Positions 1-13,351 of a stretch of DNA of 64,000 nt are shown here, one piece after another. Each line of letters begins with the position of its first letter. Within the stretch, counting starts at the first letter, position 1. Where the stretch lies: contig OX597837.1 of the NCBI GenBank assembly GCA_951406725.2, positions 1,364,001-1,428,000 on the forward strand, read 5' to 3'. The DNA comes from Octopus vulgaris (taxonomy: Eukaryota). A model generated the notes under the pieces. The model ran no database searches, was not told where the DNA came from, and saw only the letters and a program-made list of their open reading frames with translations. The position numbers and the translations under genes were made by a program.

Positions 1-21
1 TTCATATCAATGTGCCCCTAA

Positions 22-56
<35 letters not shown>

Positions 57-213
57 TAGATAGATAGATAGATAGATATATATGCGTGTGTGTATGAGGG
101 TGTTATATGTGATATATATTTTCTTGCATATGTATATATGTTTACATATATATATATATATGAGTTAGTTTCAGTGCGATTATAGACATGCAAATATATA
201 TCTGTTAGTTTTA

Positions 214-258
<45 letters not shown>

Positions 259-632
259 AAGACAACCACAAACATTCAAAGGGGAGAAAATGCCCACAGA
301 AATCCTCTTAAAGTTCTTATTTAATAACTGAATCGGTCTTGTCACTCTTGTCAATATTTAAAAAAAAATATTAACTCCATCTTTATGATTAATTGCTTTG
401 GTTGGCATGTTTTTGAAATACACACACACACACACCTCCACATCAACGCACACATATACATCTCCCCCACACACATACACAAACAAGATTTCGACAAAGC
501 TCCCACTTGAAATTGTCAATTCGAGCAGACACGTTTTTCACTCTTCCTGTGTGTGTGTGTGTGTGTGTGTGCTTATGTATATATATGTGTGTATTTCAAA
601 GCGAACGTATTGAAGTACATCGTAATCTATAG

Positions 633-687
<55 letters not shown>

Positions 688-1043
688 ATTCCAAGGAGAG
701 AATAATATCCGCGCCACCTTTTCCAACGCATGACCTCCATCCCTATCAATAAAAATCCGATTATTTTTTAGAAATCTTCTTCAGATCTTCACTAAAGGTC
801 TGGGACTAAGGACAGAAAGGAAAAGAAAAAGAATGAAAAAGAATTTCAAAAATATATCTATGGACTTGGAGACATTTTAAAATTGAGAAAGTGACATTTT
901 TGGAATTCAGGAGGAACGCGCGCATACACACACACATACACACACCTATGTATCGAGTGTGTGTTTATAAGTATAAAGATGCTTTTTTTGTATAAATGTA
1001 AAAAGGTTATGCATAAGTATAAATATGTCAATATATTTGCACG

Positions 1044-1087
<44 letters not shown>

Positions 1088-1675
1088 TTTTTATATAGGT
1101 TGTTTGCACTTGATATGAGACAGAGCGAACGAGACCGTGATTCACTGACACACTCAAACGGGGACACACACATACACACAAAAAAACATAATCAGACTAA
1201 GAGACTCGACAGTAGACAGACAGTTATTTGATAGAGAGGCAATTGTATATTTCAGAGTATATCCAACACATGACTGAATTGTTCTAAATTCAAGGGACGC
1301 TACTCGTAGTGAGATAGCTAAACAAAGGCGCCATTATTTACGTCATTGTTTACGCTTTTAAGTGTAAGGGTTCAAAGCCTATCTTGGATTTTAAAGAGAT
1401 GACAAGCCAAGTTCTGGTGAATAAAGTGAAATGTCTTATAGAGAATGAAAGAACAAGAGAGAAAATTTATTTACAATTTTGTGGCATTACTTCTTGTTTT
1501 CTTATAGTGATTAATGTTGTTCTTGTTGTTATGTAGACTTATCTCTCATCCGCTCCTCAAGACTGTTCTAGTGATTGGTGTGTAAATTCATCATTATTGC
1601 TTGAGAACTGGCGCTAACACGCGACCTCTTAAAGGTAGCGTTTAGAAAGTGAAATATATATATATATATATATGC

Positions 1676-1717
<42 letters not shown>

Positions 1718-1730
1718 TGAAGAGGTAGAT

Positions 1731-1775
<45 letters not shown>

Positions 1776-2030
1776 AATATAAATAGAAATAGATAGGAAT
1801 ATATATAGAAATAGATAGACACACACACACACGTATACACACACGTGCGCTACTCCGTCGAACGAATGAGAAAGGAGTACTCAATACACGTTGCAGGGAT
1901 ATAGGTTTATTTACTTAAACTGACGATGAAATTTTATTTCGAAATTATTGTTTCATGCATGTGTGATCTTCAAGCAAACATTTCGTTCCGAGTTTCGCTT
2001 CAAGATTGCAGTTGCGTGAAACTTGAGTGG

Positions 2031-2103
<73 letters not shown>

Positions 2104-2108
<5 letters not shown>

Positions 2109-2321
2109 GAAGCGTAAGCGCGCTGGGCGAAATGCTTAGCGGTATTTCGTCTGTCGTTACGTTCTGAGTTCAAATTCTGCCGAGGTCGACTTTGCCTTTC
2201 ATCCTTTCGGGGTCGATAAATTAAGTACCAGTTACGCACTGGGGTTGATGTAATCAACTTAATTCCTTTGTCTGTATTTGTTTGTCCCCTCTATGTTTAG
2301 CCCCTTGAGGGCAGTAAAGAA

Positions 2322-2322
<1 letters not shown>
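2104..2322 (+). mobile_element. tRNA-derived SINE, family A
   Basis: Box-A-like tggcagaagcgtaag, box-B-like gagttcaaattc, body gcctttcatcctttcggggtcgataaattaagtaccag shared with many other copies in the window. Confidence 0.85.
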
Positions 2323-2360
<38 letters not shown>

Positions 2361-2490
2361 CATTTTAAATATTTTCTGAACACTTGTGGATAGGAAGCAG
2401 TTGGTATTAAGTGTAACTGCGATATTTGCACCTATTAAAACATTTATACTTCAAATCAACGCATCGAAATCAATAGAATAAAATACTTGA

Positions 2491-2620
2491 GTGGCAGAAT
2501 CGTTAGCACGCTGGATGAAATGTTCAGCGGCATTTCGCGAGTCTTTGCGTTCTGAGTTCAAATTCTGCCGAGGTCGACTTTGACTTTCATCCTTTCGGGG
2601 TCGATGAATTTAGCACCAGA
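2491..2620 (+). mobile_element. SINE family A, 3'-truncated
   Basis: Same head and body as 2104-2322. Confidence 0.8.
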
Positions 2621-2661
2621 AAGGATTATTATTATTGTTATTATTATCATCATTATTATTA

Positions 2662-2706
<45 letters not shown>

Positions 2707-2709
<3 letters not shown>

Positions 2710-3104
2710 GTTTGACTTTTGCTTTATGTCTGTAGAAGTTGGCTCCAAGTCTCACCCAGAGACCTCAAGAGACAACAGGTTGGAAGTTCACGTTGTTGTT
2801 ATGCCTAGTGTGCCATATATTTGGGGTTTTTTTTTGGTGTTGTACTAGTGAATGTCTAATACATAAATTTAAAAAAAAAGTTTGTTTTAAACCTTGGGAT
2901 TACATAGAGAGTATTTTGCGTAGGATATGAGCAGTTCCCATGAGTACTATCTTTTGAATTTCTGCCATTTTGGGGTTTCCTGGTATCTGAGTTAGGTAGC
3001 AATCAGCCCCTTTCGCTATGACAACAGGTATTGTTTTAGTTTTCAGGTTCCATAATTTTGCTGATTTCTATTTCAAGATCTTTATATTTGCTGTTTTTGG
3101 TAGG
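2707..3104 (-). mobile_element. 5'-truncated R4/Dong-clade non-LTR retrotransposon (restriction-like endonuclease C-terminus plus 3' UTR) inside (TAA)n
   Basis: Minus strand encodes KYKDLEIEISKLWNLKTKTIPVVI...AKGADCYLTQIPGNPKMAEIQKIVLMGTAHILRKILSM*, the typical R4/Dong RLE tail. (TTA)n lies on both sides. Confidence 0.85.
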
Positions 3105-3148
<44 letters not shown>

Positions 3149-3176
3149 GTTATTGTTATTGTTATTATTTTTATTA

Positions 3177-3223
<47 letters not shown>

Positions 3224-3278
3224 GTTATTGTTATTATTTTTATTATCATTATTATTATTATTATTATTATTATCATTA

Positions 3279-3335
<57 letters not shown>

Positions 3336-3353
3336 CGTATCTCTCTTTTGCAG

Positions 3354-3522
3354 ATTTCCCAAAAGTTATCAAAGGAATTTCTAACACGAATGCTCCAAGC
3401 GAAAAACATAACGGCCTTTCTACCGTCAAACAAAGCTTTTCAAAATTTCAAGCCCGAAAAATATGGCTTCCCGTCTGTCTTGGACTACGATTCTTTGAGA
3501 ACGATAATGAACTATCACATAG
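3354..3522 (+). CDS. Internal coding exon of a fasciclin (FAS1)-domain protein (periostin/TGFBI/stabilin-like), N-terminal half of a FAS1 repeat
   Basis: Acceptor ctctcttttgcag| and donor |gtaagt. 169 nt, phase 0 to 1, encoding ISQKLSKEFLTRMLQAKNITAFLPSNKAFQNFKPEKYGFPSVLDYDSLRTIMNYHI. Contains the FAS1 H1 motif TxFxPSNxAF and the YH motif. Confidence 0.9.
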
Positions 3523-3728
3523 GTAAGTTCCACTTCATGGCTATAGGTGTTCGAGTAGTGTGGAAGTGACGGTCAGCAGGAGAGGGCCAAGTTCTGTTTG
3601 AATTAACTTTCATGAAAGGTTTTTAAGCAATAACTTCAAATATCTTAGGACTCTTTCCTTGTAAAATTCACACACACGCAGACGCACGCACGCGCATACA
3701 ACCAAACACACACATACATATATTTATT

Positions 3729-3906
3729 GAGAAAAAGGAGGTAGTCAGTTAATTCTTTATTAGCGCTTTCTTTCGTTTAACCAAACTATTCAGGACAAGA
3801 TTTAAAATCAAATTTTGGTTTTAATTTTTGTCTTGAAGAGTTCGGTTAAATGAACGAAAGCGCTAATAAAGAATTACCCAAAATTCTGACTACCTCTTTT
3901 TTCTCT
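3729..3906. repeat. Imperfect fold-back palindrome
   Basis: gagaaaaaggaggtagtcag..aattctttattagcgctttc vs gaaagcgctaataaagaatt..ctgactacctcttttttctc. Confidence 0.85.
3826..3870 (+). ncRNA. Degenerate minimal hammerhead motif
   Basis: tTGAAGA-GTTC-ggttaaat-GAAC-GAAA-GCGC-TA with palindromic AGCGCT. The inverted left arm keeps CTGAA. Stem I is weak. Confidence 0.45.
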
Positions 3907-4465
3907 ATATACAATATCTGTAAACCACTTCAAACACTATATATATGTGTGTGTGTGTGTGTGTATAAAAAAATGTCTGTCATTTTATTGCTGCGAAGAT
4001 ATGTTTGAAAATTAGCTTTAACGAACACCAAAAGTTAAGAAACAAAATAAATTGGAAATAGAAAAAACAAGAGAAAAATAATGCAAAGGAAAATAAATAA
4101 AACGAACAAACAAAACGGTAAAACTCTGAAGCGAAGTTCAATGATCTTTGGTGATTCAGTGTAAATAGTACAACACTAAACAGGAAATATAGTAACAAAG
4201 AGGCTAATATATAAGTGAACGGACACACACACACGCACACACACACACACACATACATGCACACACATACACACTCACACACACACACACACACACGATA
4301 TGCGTGTGTGTATATACTTTCAGAATATAAGCATTGTCTGTATAAATATTAAAACACAAACGAATGGGGCGATGTTATATGTATACAACTCTAAATGTGC
4401 GAGTACATATGTCTTATGCAAGTGCATATATATGTATGTATAAGTAGGTGTACATGCATACATCC

Positions 4466-4506
<41 letters not shown>

Positions 4507-4709
4507 CGTGTATATGTAAATATAAGTGTGTAAGTATATATGTATTTATATATATGTATGTATACATATATACTTAAAATCTAGATATATAGATACAGAC
4601 ACACCTACGTGTTTATGCGTATATGCATGTGTGTGTTTACGTGTACACACACACTCATATATATATACACTCACATACATATGTATATGCTTCTATGTGT
4701 GCATGCATG

Positions 4710-4741
<32 letters not shown>

Positions 4742-5062
4742 ATGTGTGTGTGTGTGTGTGTGTATACACACAAACACACAAACTGAGAGAGAGTAGTAGA
4801 AGTGGCGAGAGACAGCACTGCAACTGCCGGATAATGACAATTGGCGTTTCCGGTTATCATTTAATTCCAACCTCTTAAATAACCATTTATTCCAAAGTTG
4901 ACAATCCTAAAGCAGAAGAACAAAGAATTCTTTGAAAAATTCCTGCAATTACTTGTTGGAAACAGTAAAAGAGTTAGACAACATTATTTTCTCTTCATGC
5001 GGTTAATGCAAACAGAAATACGCATACGCCACCACACACACACACAGACACACACACACACA

Positions 5063-5104
<42 letters not shown>

Positions 5105-5236
5105 CACACACTCACACACACACACACACATCTGTGTATGTGTATATATATGTATATATATACACATACATACATGTACAATCTTCCTCTCTCCCCTACA
5201 CTTATACTTTCATACATACACACACACACACATATA

Positions 5237-5450
5237 CGAAGGGTTGCTGAAAAGTTCCTGGCATTGGCTAAAAGAATATACAAGAAGATCAGTTAATTAT
5301 TTTATTCAACATAATGCCCTCTCAGATACACTTATTGCACTGGTGGTCCTTCAGTTTTTCTAAGCCCTTTAAAAGAACCCGGACGGTTGAGCTTCCAAAT
5401 CAAGCCTTTCCGGATACCTTTAAAGCCAGGAACTTTTCAATACTCTCTCG
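5237..5450. mobile_element. Mariner-type MITE
   Basis: TIRs ta|cgaagggttgctgaaaagttcctggc ... gccaggaacttttcaatactctctcg. Confidence 0.75.
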
Positions 5451-5638
5451 TGTGTGCGTGTGTTTGTGTGTGTGCGTATTAATTTATAATTATGTAATAT
5501 AATTATATTAAAATGAGTGAATAAATCACACCAAAACGCTAGAAATAGACGCCAAATGGCTTCAAAAACCACATCTATTCTCCGTTCGAACAAGTTCTTA
5601 ATGGGCAGACGAAAAAAATATGAATAATATATTTTGAA

Positions 5639-5683
5639 AGAAGATCGATTTCCGGCTTAAGACCCTTTGCTGTCTTCAGTACA
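5639..5683 (-). ncRNA. Degenerate minimal hammerhead motif
   Basis: Minus strand CTGAAGA-CAGC...GCCG-GAAA-TCGA-TC with palindromic ATCGAT. Stem I is eroded. Confidence 0.4.
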
Positions 5684-5862
5684 ATATTCGAAAGTATACA
5701 GATGCAAATATTTATACATATACATACGAAGAACATTTCCGCACGACTATATATAGATATACATTTACATTTATACACCAGTAAAAATCTATTTTTTCTC
5801 ATCTCAACCACATGCTTTTATTCTCAAAATAATCTCGCAGCGAATGCAATTTGATCAGGAGC

Positions 5863-5905
<43 letters not shown>

Positions 5906-7464
5906 CAAAATTGGGGATAAAACCACTTTAATGATTTTATCAGGTGGCCAGCGTGAAATAAAATTCTTGTAACAATTTATATTAATTCATAATTATATAA
6001 TATGATTATATTAAAGGGTGCAGATAGACCCCACCTACTCGCCAAATGGCTTTATATATATATGGTGCAGCTAAGCTTGCTTCTCATCCACATGGTTCCG
6101 GGTTCAGTCGCACTGCGTGGCACCTTGTACAAGTGTCTTCTACTACAGCCTCGGGCCGACCAAAGTCTTATGAGTGGATTGGGTAGAGGGAAACTGGAAG
6201 AAGCCTGTCGTATATATATATATATATATAATCCCGACACGCTTTCTCGGTTTGTTTGTTTTCGTTCCCTCTCCATCTCTTTGCTCTCTCGATCTTTTCG
6301 AAATGTCAAAAACTTTTCCATTCTTCCCGAACGTCAAAATAATACAGCTGTTGTTGTTTCCTCACCTACCTTCGTCATTTGTTTTTTGTAAATTTGCTCT
6401 AAAACATATGCATATTTAGTGGTGACTGTCTGGAGAAAGGAGTACTCAGTCTGGTGATTAACAATAAATTTATTGGTCGAAGCAGCCGCTTGCTGCTCTG
6501 ATTTTCGTTTGTGGTTACACGGTGTTTCCGCGCAATCTATTACTGACAAATGGATGAAGCTTGCACATCTGTATACGGGGTTCCTGTTACAGCATTTAAT
6601 GGCCGAGAGAAAATATAATGAGAGGAGAAAAAATGGAAGAGAAAAAAGAAAAGGTGAGATGAGGAAGATGAACTGGAGCGAGTGTTTTGATAGAAGAGAA
6701 TGAATTTGGGATAAGTAGGTATCAGAATGGTCAAAGAATACAATGGAAGAGAATGCAATAGAAAATATAAGCAGATAAGCAGATGAATTAACTCAGGGAC
6801 CAGAGACGTTCTTTCTTTCTTCCTGTTTCTTCTTTTCTTCCGTTTCCCTTTCTTTTCTTTCTTTCTTTCTTTCTTTTTGTTTCTTCCGTTTATCACAATT
6901 TTTTCTCTACCAGCACACGTGAGTGTGTGTGTGTGTGTGTGTAATAGGACAGTTGTCCCTTTCAGTGTCTAACAGTATCTAGCACAACACACGATTTCAC
7001 ATCAAATATCTTGCGAATCAAATACAAAATTGTTATAACAATAATATCGATTAATCACATCGATATAATACCCAACATTTAATGGATCAGTAAAATCGAT
7101 TAAATCGATATAAATTGTGCTGAATGGCTTCGTTGGTTCCAGGTTGCCAGTGAGGTAATCAGTGGATCATTAAATTTTCGGCAGAGAGGGTGACAAGGGA
7201 TGTCTTTTTAAATCGATGCAAAACAAATATCACATGGGATTTCAATGGAGGAGCACTGATTTCTTGTTTCCTCACTTTTCGCGCGCGCACGCACACACAC
7301 TACGCAATAGCGCCCTGGTGAAGCGAAATTCTTATCAAATCCAGAGTTCGCCCATACTTGTGAATAATTCTTTCTCCTATAGGAGACAAGTCTTGGAATT
7401 TGGAGTTCGGTGCCCATCGATTACATTGATGATATGATAGTATGATATGATATAATGTAATATT

Positions 7465-7607
7465 AGGAGTGGCTGTGTGGTAAGTAGCTTGCTTATCAAC
7501 CACATGGTCCCGAGTCGCACCTTGGGCAAGTTTCTTGTACTATAGCTTCGGGCCGACCAAAGCCTTGTGAGTGGTTTTGGTAGACGGAAACTGAAAGAAG
7601 CTCGTCG

Positions 7608-7678
<71 letters not shown>

Positions 7679-7881
7679 TTGTGTGTCTGTGTTGTCTGTC
7701 CTCCCACCTTCTCTTGACAACCAGTGTTGGTGTGTTTACATTTCCGTAAATTAACTCTTCGGCAAAAGAGATCGATAGATTGAATACTAGGCTTACAAAG
7801 AATAGGTCCTGGCGTCGATTTGTTCGACTAAAGGCGGTGCTACATCATGGCCGCAGTCAAATGACTGAAACAAATAAAAGA
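7465..7881 (+). mobile_element. tRNA-derived SINE, family B (contains an internal (TA)n(TG)n microsatellite), near full length
   Basis: ggagtggctgtgtggtaag head, gccgaccaaagccttgtgagtgg body, ggccgcagtcaaatgactgaaac tail. Partial + copies at 6062-6210, 11444-11600, 21522-21690, 48876-48973 and 61372-61460. Confidence 0.85.
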
Positions 7882-8298
7882 TATAATATATATATAATAC
7901 ATTATGTGTGTAAGTGTCTTATCGCATTTAATTACATGACATTTTTCATCTTTAGTATGGTAGTTGTAATTTTAATATTGATGACGAAATTAATAATAAT
8001 AATAATAATAATAATGATGATGATGATAATAGCAACAACAATAATAATGCTATTATTGTTATGGATTTTTGTGTTGGGATGCTGTAATGCGACGGATAGA
8101 GGAGATATTCATTACAAGACAAACTACAAAACGATGGAGTATGGCCGGCAACGAGGAGGAAGGTGGGACGCTGGATTACATAATACGAAGGACATAAAAT
8201 TGAAATTATGCGGCAAATCTTTAGGTTAGATCATTTGGTCATAAATCTTCATAAAAGAGGACGTAATTCGTTCACAGAGATGGAGAGAAATCCATACG

Positions 8299-8335
<37 letters not shown>

Positions 8336-8534
8336 ATGCCTCTTTCGTCAGTGTCAACGCTGCGCATTCAACTGTACGCCCAACCAAACTACCTTCTCGT
8401 TAAAGTCCTGTGTAAATGGCGATCTATTTCGCAGATATTTGTCCCCTGAACGTGTTTCTCAGACAGAATCTTCGTAACACAGTGCGCGACAAAGACGATG
8501 CTTTTGAGCTATTGTCAGTCCTTTTGGAATTATT

Positions 8535-8930
8535 ATGTCGCTTATGAAGGAAGAACAACGATTAACTACAAGGCAAAGTGGCAAGAAAGACCCGTGCCAG
8601 GACCACCATTACGAGAGCGTAAAGGGGGTAATTCGGGTGTGGAATGGAGTGAAGAACGTGATCACTGAATACCGAAAGTACAAGTTCTGCTCTACCAGAC
8701 ACCGCAAGGTTCACAGACAGCAGCTGGACCTGAGCTGTGGGCGACTGAAATACAAGAAGACAGAAATGGCCAGTCATGAGGTCTCTTTAATGATAAGAAG
8801 ATAATTTAGATAAACGATATTACCCAAGATGGGAAAGAAGGACGCAATCAATTGGGAACTGGGAACGCATTGTGACAAGCGATGTATAACATACGACAGC
8901 CTGGTCGATAGAGTGATTCAGCGATGTCCC
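8535..8930 (+). mobile_element. Degenerate RTE-like LINE 3' fragment
   Basis: GVKNVITEYRKYKF and ARFTDSSWT remnants resemble the RTE ORF C-terminus. Confidence 0.45.
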
Positions 8931-9296
8931 TTTATGTACCCCGTAGGCACTTGTGTCCCTTAACGTATATCTAAGTCAGAATGTTTCCAATATGGAGTAA
9001 GGAGTGCTGACAAGTCTCACCCTTAAATTAGGGGTGGAATTCATTGAACATGCTCTTACGCAGTTTATGGTCTTGTTTTACTTACAAATTTTGGGCCGAC
9101 CTAGGGACTACTATAAATAGCCCTTGACCAGAACGCCAGGCACTGAGATCAAATCAAGACTTTTCAAACGGAAATTGACTTTATTAACCATTCGACTACA
9201 CTGTGTCCATGCTTGATAACATTAATCACATTAACCACACTATAACAAGGATTAGGCAGGGGTCAATTGGCAACATTAGCTTTGCGTCTGTTGGAT

Positions 9297-9686
9297 GGGA
9301 TGATGGTAGCACTCCGTCGGTTACGACGACGAGTGTTCCGGTTGATCCGATCAACAGAACAGTCTGCTCGTGTTATTAACGTGTAAGTGGCTGAGCACTC
9401 CACAGACACGTGTACCCTTAACGTAGTTCTCGGGGATATTCAGCGTGACACAGAGAGTGACAAGGCCGGCCCTTTGAAATACAGGTACAACAGAAACAGG
9501 AAGTAAGAGTGAGAGAAAGTTGTGGTGAAAGAGTACAGCAGGGATCACCACCATCCCTGCCGGAGCCTCGTGGAGCTTTAGGTGTTTTCGCTCAATAAAC
9601 ACTCACAACGCCCGGTCTGGGAATCGAAACTGCGATCCTACGACCGCGAGTCCGCTGCCCTAACCACTGGGCCATTGCGCCTCCAC
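9297..9686 (-). mobile_element. tRNA(Arg)-like-headed SINE, family C, full length with TSD
   Basis: Minus-strand head ggaggcgcaatggcccagtggttagggcagcggactcgcgg...gtttcgattcc. 11-bp TSD gtctgttggat at 9286-9296 and 9687-9697. Confidence 0.9.
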
Positions 9687-11659
9687 GTCTGTTGGATATA
9701 ATGCAATACAACTCCGTTAAACAACCCCGAATCACATAGATGATACACACACAATAACATGCGCCTGCACGCACGTTCTTATGTGCTTGGGTAAGCGGGT
9801 TTTGTATAAAAATAAACATAGTAATAACACAATAATCCCAACACCTTGTATATTGAGGACTATACTTTCGGGTGCGTACTTTGCTTTTTCAGACAGTAGG
9901 ATATGATTTGAAGGAGATTTAGTTGCTATTTCTAGCATTTCGAGCAGAAAGGCATACTCTTCTCATGATATATTCTCGAACATTTAATATTGATTTTTAA
10001 ATTATTCTTTTTTTTTAATTAGTTCTTCACAATTTTCCAAACCACATTTAAATGTCAAGATGGTGTATATAGACTTTTATAGTCTTGTCTGAAGAAAGAG
10101 TTTCCGCCTATAGTTTTCGCTTTCTGTCAGGAAACAGTAAGGTTGGATCGATTAATTTTTGGCTTGGTAATATTCGGTGACGAGAAATCATCAAGAGAGA
10201 TTATGAAAGAGATCACCATGGGATTTATGCTGATTAACAACTGATATATACATTGTGTAACTGTAAGAACTTGCTTTGTGAAAAGTCCAGCAACATTAAC
10301 GATTACGAGGTCCAAATATCTCACGTTTATTAAGATATCTTTTGTCTAAAGTTTATAATCCAATCCATACTAAGAAAAAAACTTATACATACTTTCGTAA
10401 ACGCACACAAAGAAAAACGCGCATCCGTACGCTTATACATATATAAGCGTACGTTATCTTCTTCCCTAAACTCTTTCCTTGGAAATCAAAAACAGAATTT
10501 AACTGATAGTCGTAATATATAGAAATACAGTTTCATCTCATTTTTATTATCTACTCCATATCTAGTTTTGAGTTCATTGCAGCTCTAGATTTTCTTTTTC
10601 ACAATTAACTCACGCTTTGTCTCTCTACACACATACCAGCATATTACATGTGCTTATATGTATGCAGGTATGTATGTATGTATGTATGTATGTATGTATG
10701 TATACGTATCTTTTAAAGCACATTTGTGTGTATCTTTATGTATGTATTTATGTGTGTGTAAATGTATGTATCTTCTAACGCTCATTTGTATCTTTATGTA
10801 TGTATGTATGTATGTATGTATGTATGTATTATGTATGTATGTATGTATATATGTATGTGTGTGTGTATGTATGTATGTATGTGTGTATGTATGTATGTGT
10901 GTATGTATGTATGTATGTATGTGTGTATGTATGTATGTATGCCTGGCAATGTACAAGATAACAGCTGCACTGATCTTACTGATGTGCGTATAAATGTGTA
11001 CGAACGTGATCATGTCAATTATCCCCGTTCTTATATTCAATTAGTGCTCTTTGATGAAAGATACGGAAAACATTGGAAGCGAGTGTTTGTGTGTGTGTAT
11101 GTGTGTGTGTGTGTGTGTGTACATGTTCGTGCATATGTGAGTGAGAGCGTTTATTATTCTCACACACACACATATATATATATATACGTATGTATATGTT
11201 TATAGTATGTGTGTGTGTATATATTATATGCATTTATGTATACCTATATGTATATATATATACATATACACACACACCCCCTACATACCCATTTCTACGT
11301 ATATATAACATTTTGGATGTTTTGTGTGCGTGTGTGTTGGGAGGGTGTATTTTATGCAATTTTTCTGTGCCCCTATCATGTATACTCTTTCGTAATTGTG
11401 TTTTATAAAATTAACGCCAGCAACGTACATGAGTATCCATATAGGCGCAGGAGTGGCTGTGTGGTATATAGTTTGCTTCCCAGCTACATGGTTCAGGGTT
11501 CAGTCCCAATGCGTGGCGTCTTCAGCAAGTGTCTTCTTCTTCAGCCTCGGACTGACCAAAGCCTTCTGAGTAAATTTGGATGATGGATACTGAACGAAGA
11601 TATATATAAGTGTGTGTGTTTCTTTGTGGCAATGTTCGATAAAAGATATATATGTATAT

Positions 11660-12515
11660 ATAAAATATAAGAGGTATGACCACCAAAGTAGATTTCTAAT
11701 ATGATAAAAATAGACGTCAAATCGCCTTACCACGAAGTGTGTGTTCTCAAGAAAATTTCAGCAAACGCCAGAATGTTAAAAATGAGCAAGTCAAATGATA
11801 ATATACAAAATAAAACGATTACCCACGTACCACGATTTCGTCTGTTAATATTTACGAATGTAAATATCTGCAGACGGAAATAACTCTGTAGTTAATAAAT
11901 TTCTGCAGCTAATTTTTAATCTTCGGAATTTTTAAAATATGTTAAGACACTGGTTTAAATTGATGTTAATTGATTAATATCAATTTCTGCCCTCATCATT
12001 TCAGTTCTAAATAATAATTGTTCTCTAACCGGTAAACTAGCTGCAGAAATTTATTAACTGCAGAGCTATTTCCGGCCTCAGTGCACCAAAATGAAGACAT
12101 TTGAAAGATACTTCCAAATATAATTTGCAATACTTTATACATGTTTTATTTCGAGTGAAGGTTCGGCGTCTAGTTTTGAAAATTATGTTTTGTAAGCGAC
12201 GGACTACGATGATGAGTCTACAGATATTTACATTGGTAAATATCAACAGACTAAACCATGGTAAAAAGGCTACATGCCTATAATAAAGAGAAAACGTAGG
12301 TTTTTTGTATATGTTCATTTGTCCTGCACATTTTTTACATTCTGGCGTTTGCTGAAATTTTCTTGAAGACACATATTAGGAATCCACTCTAGTGGTCATT
12401 CCTCTTATATAATGTATGTAATATAATCTTTAATTTTTGGATTTTTTTCAATATACCAAGCTACTGGTTTAAATTTATGTTAATTGATCAATATTAATTT
12501 CTACCCTCATTATTT
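11660..12515. repeat. Penelope-type inverted repeat (about 11660-11912 vs 12037-12410) plus a direct repeat (about 11915-12005 vs 12430-12515)
   Basis: caagaaaatttcagcaaacgccagaatgt and agttaataaatttctgcagct occur in both orientations; ctggtttaaatt.atgttaattgat.aatat occurs twice directly. Confidence 0.85.
12204..12263 (+). ncRNA. Degenerate hammerhead ribozyme motif
   Basis: CTACG-aTGATGA-GTCT..GATATTTAC-attg-GTAAATATC..AGAC-tAAA-CCATGG-TA. Two core substitutions, and the 3' strand of stem I (cgtag) is displaced by an insertion. The inverted copy at about 11820-11876 keeps GAAA. Confidence 0.55.
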
Positions 12516-12589
12516 AAGTATATATATATATATATAAGCTCAAATATACAGAAAAACAAAAGACGAAGACAGTTGTTTAAAGGAACAGG

Positions 12590-13075
12590 AGGAAATAAAC
12601 TGAGAGGGAATATGTAAATAAATTGGTCTGTGTGTCTAAGTTCAACTAAAAAGAGTACTCCATCTAACGAGAGTAAATATTGCTTTTCAAGATCAGCTCA
12701 CATGCATAGACCACGCTATTAAATGTTTCACGCACATCGAACCCATGTACGTTCTTCAGGCAGCAGCCGTACCATCGGACTTAAGCAGTTTAAACACTGA
12801 ATCCGAATTTGGCAACTGAAACGTAAGAAAATGCCATACATAATTAAATGGAATATTATAGAACAATCTACACCATACATAAATGGTTCTAATAAATGCA
12901 GGCTGTGTTTGGCAGAAAGGGCACAAATCCTATTTAGATCCAAGATACCAAACTCAATCTTGAACTCACGATCCGAAATTTTTAGTAGTTGTAAACATAT
13001 GTAAAAATTTCTTTGAAAAAATTGGAAGACACCACCCGTTCCCAATGAACTGGTCAACAATTGATTTACTTATAT
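12590..13075 (+). mobile_element. Penelope-like element, GIY-YIG endonuclease C-terminal fragment
   Basis: IWQLKRKKMPYIIKWNIIEQSTPYINGSNKCRLCLAERAQILFRSKIPNSILNSRSEIFSSCKH contains the CxLC..E and LNxRxE..CxH signatures. Confidence 0.8.
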
Positions 13076-13351
13076 ATTTATATATTTTTCTCGTTAGCAT
13101 ATCATCTTATGTTCATATTTTTATTACCTTTTATTTTATTATATTTCAAATATTTTTCAAATATTTCGATATATATTTTAATATTATCATTATATGTATA
13201 TATTTTAATATTATCATTATATGTATATATTTTTCATATTCTCTTTTTATTTTACTTTTCTTTATATTATAGTATTGTAAAATATATTTGCACTTGTCCC
13301 CCTTAAAAAAAAAAACATTTCTCCTTATATTATACATTTTGTATATTATGT

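Noticed and set aside
9610-9686. tRNA-Arg-like sequence (also at 37138-37214)
   Set aside because: It is the head of a SINE, continuous with the SINE body and bounded by TSDs; no proper acceptor stem.
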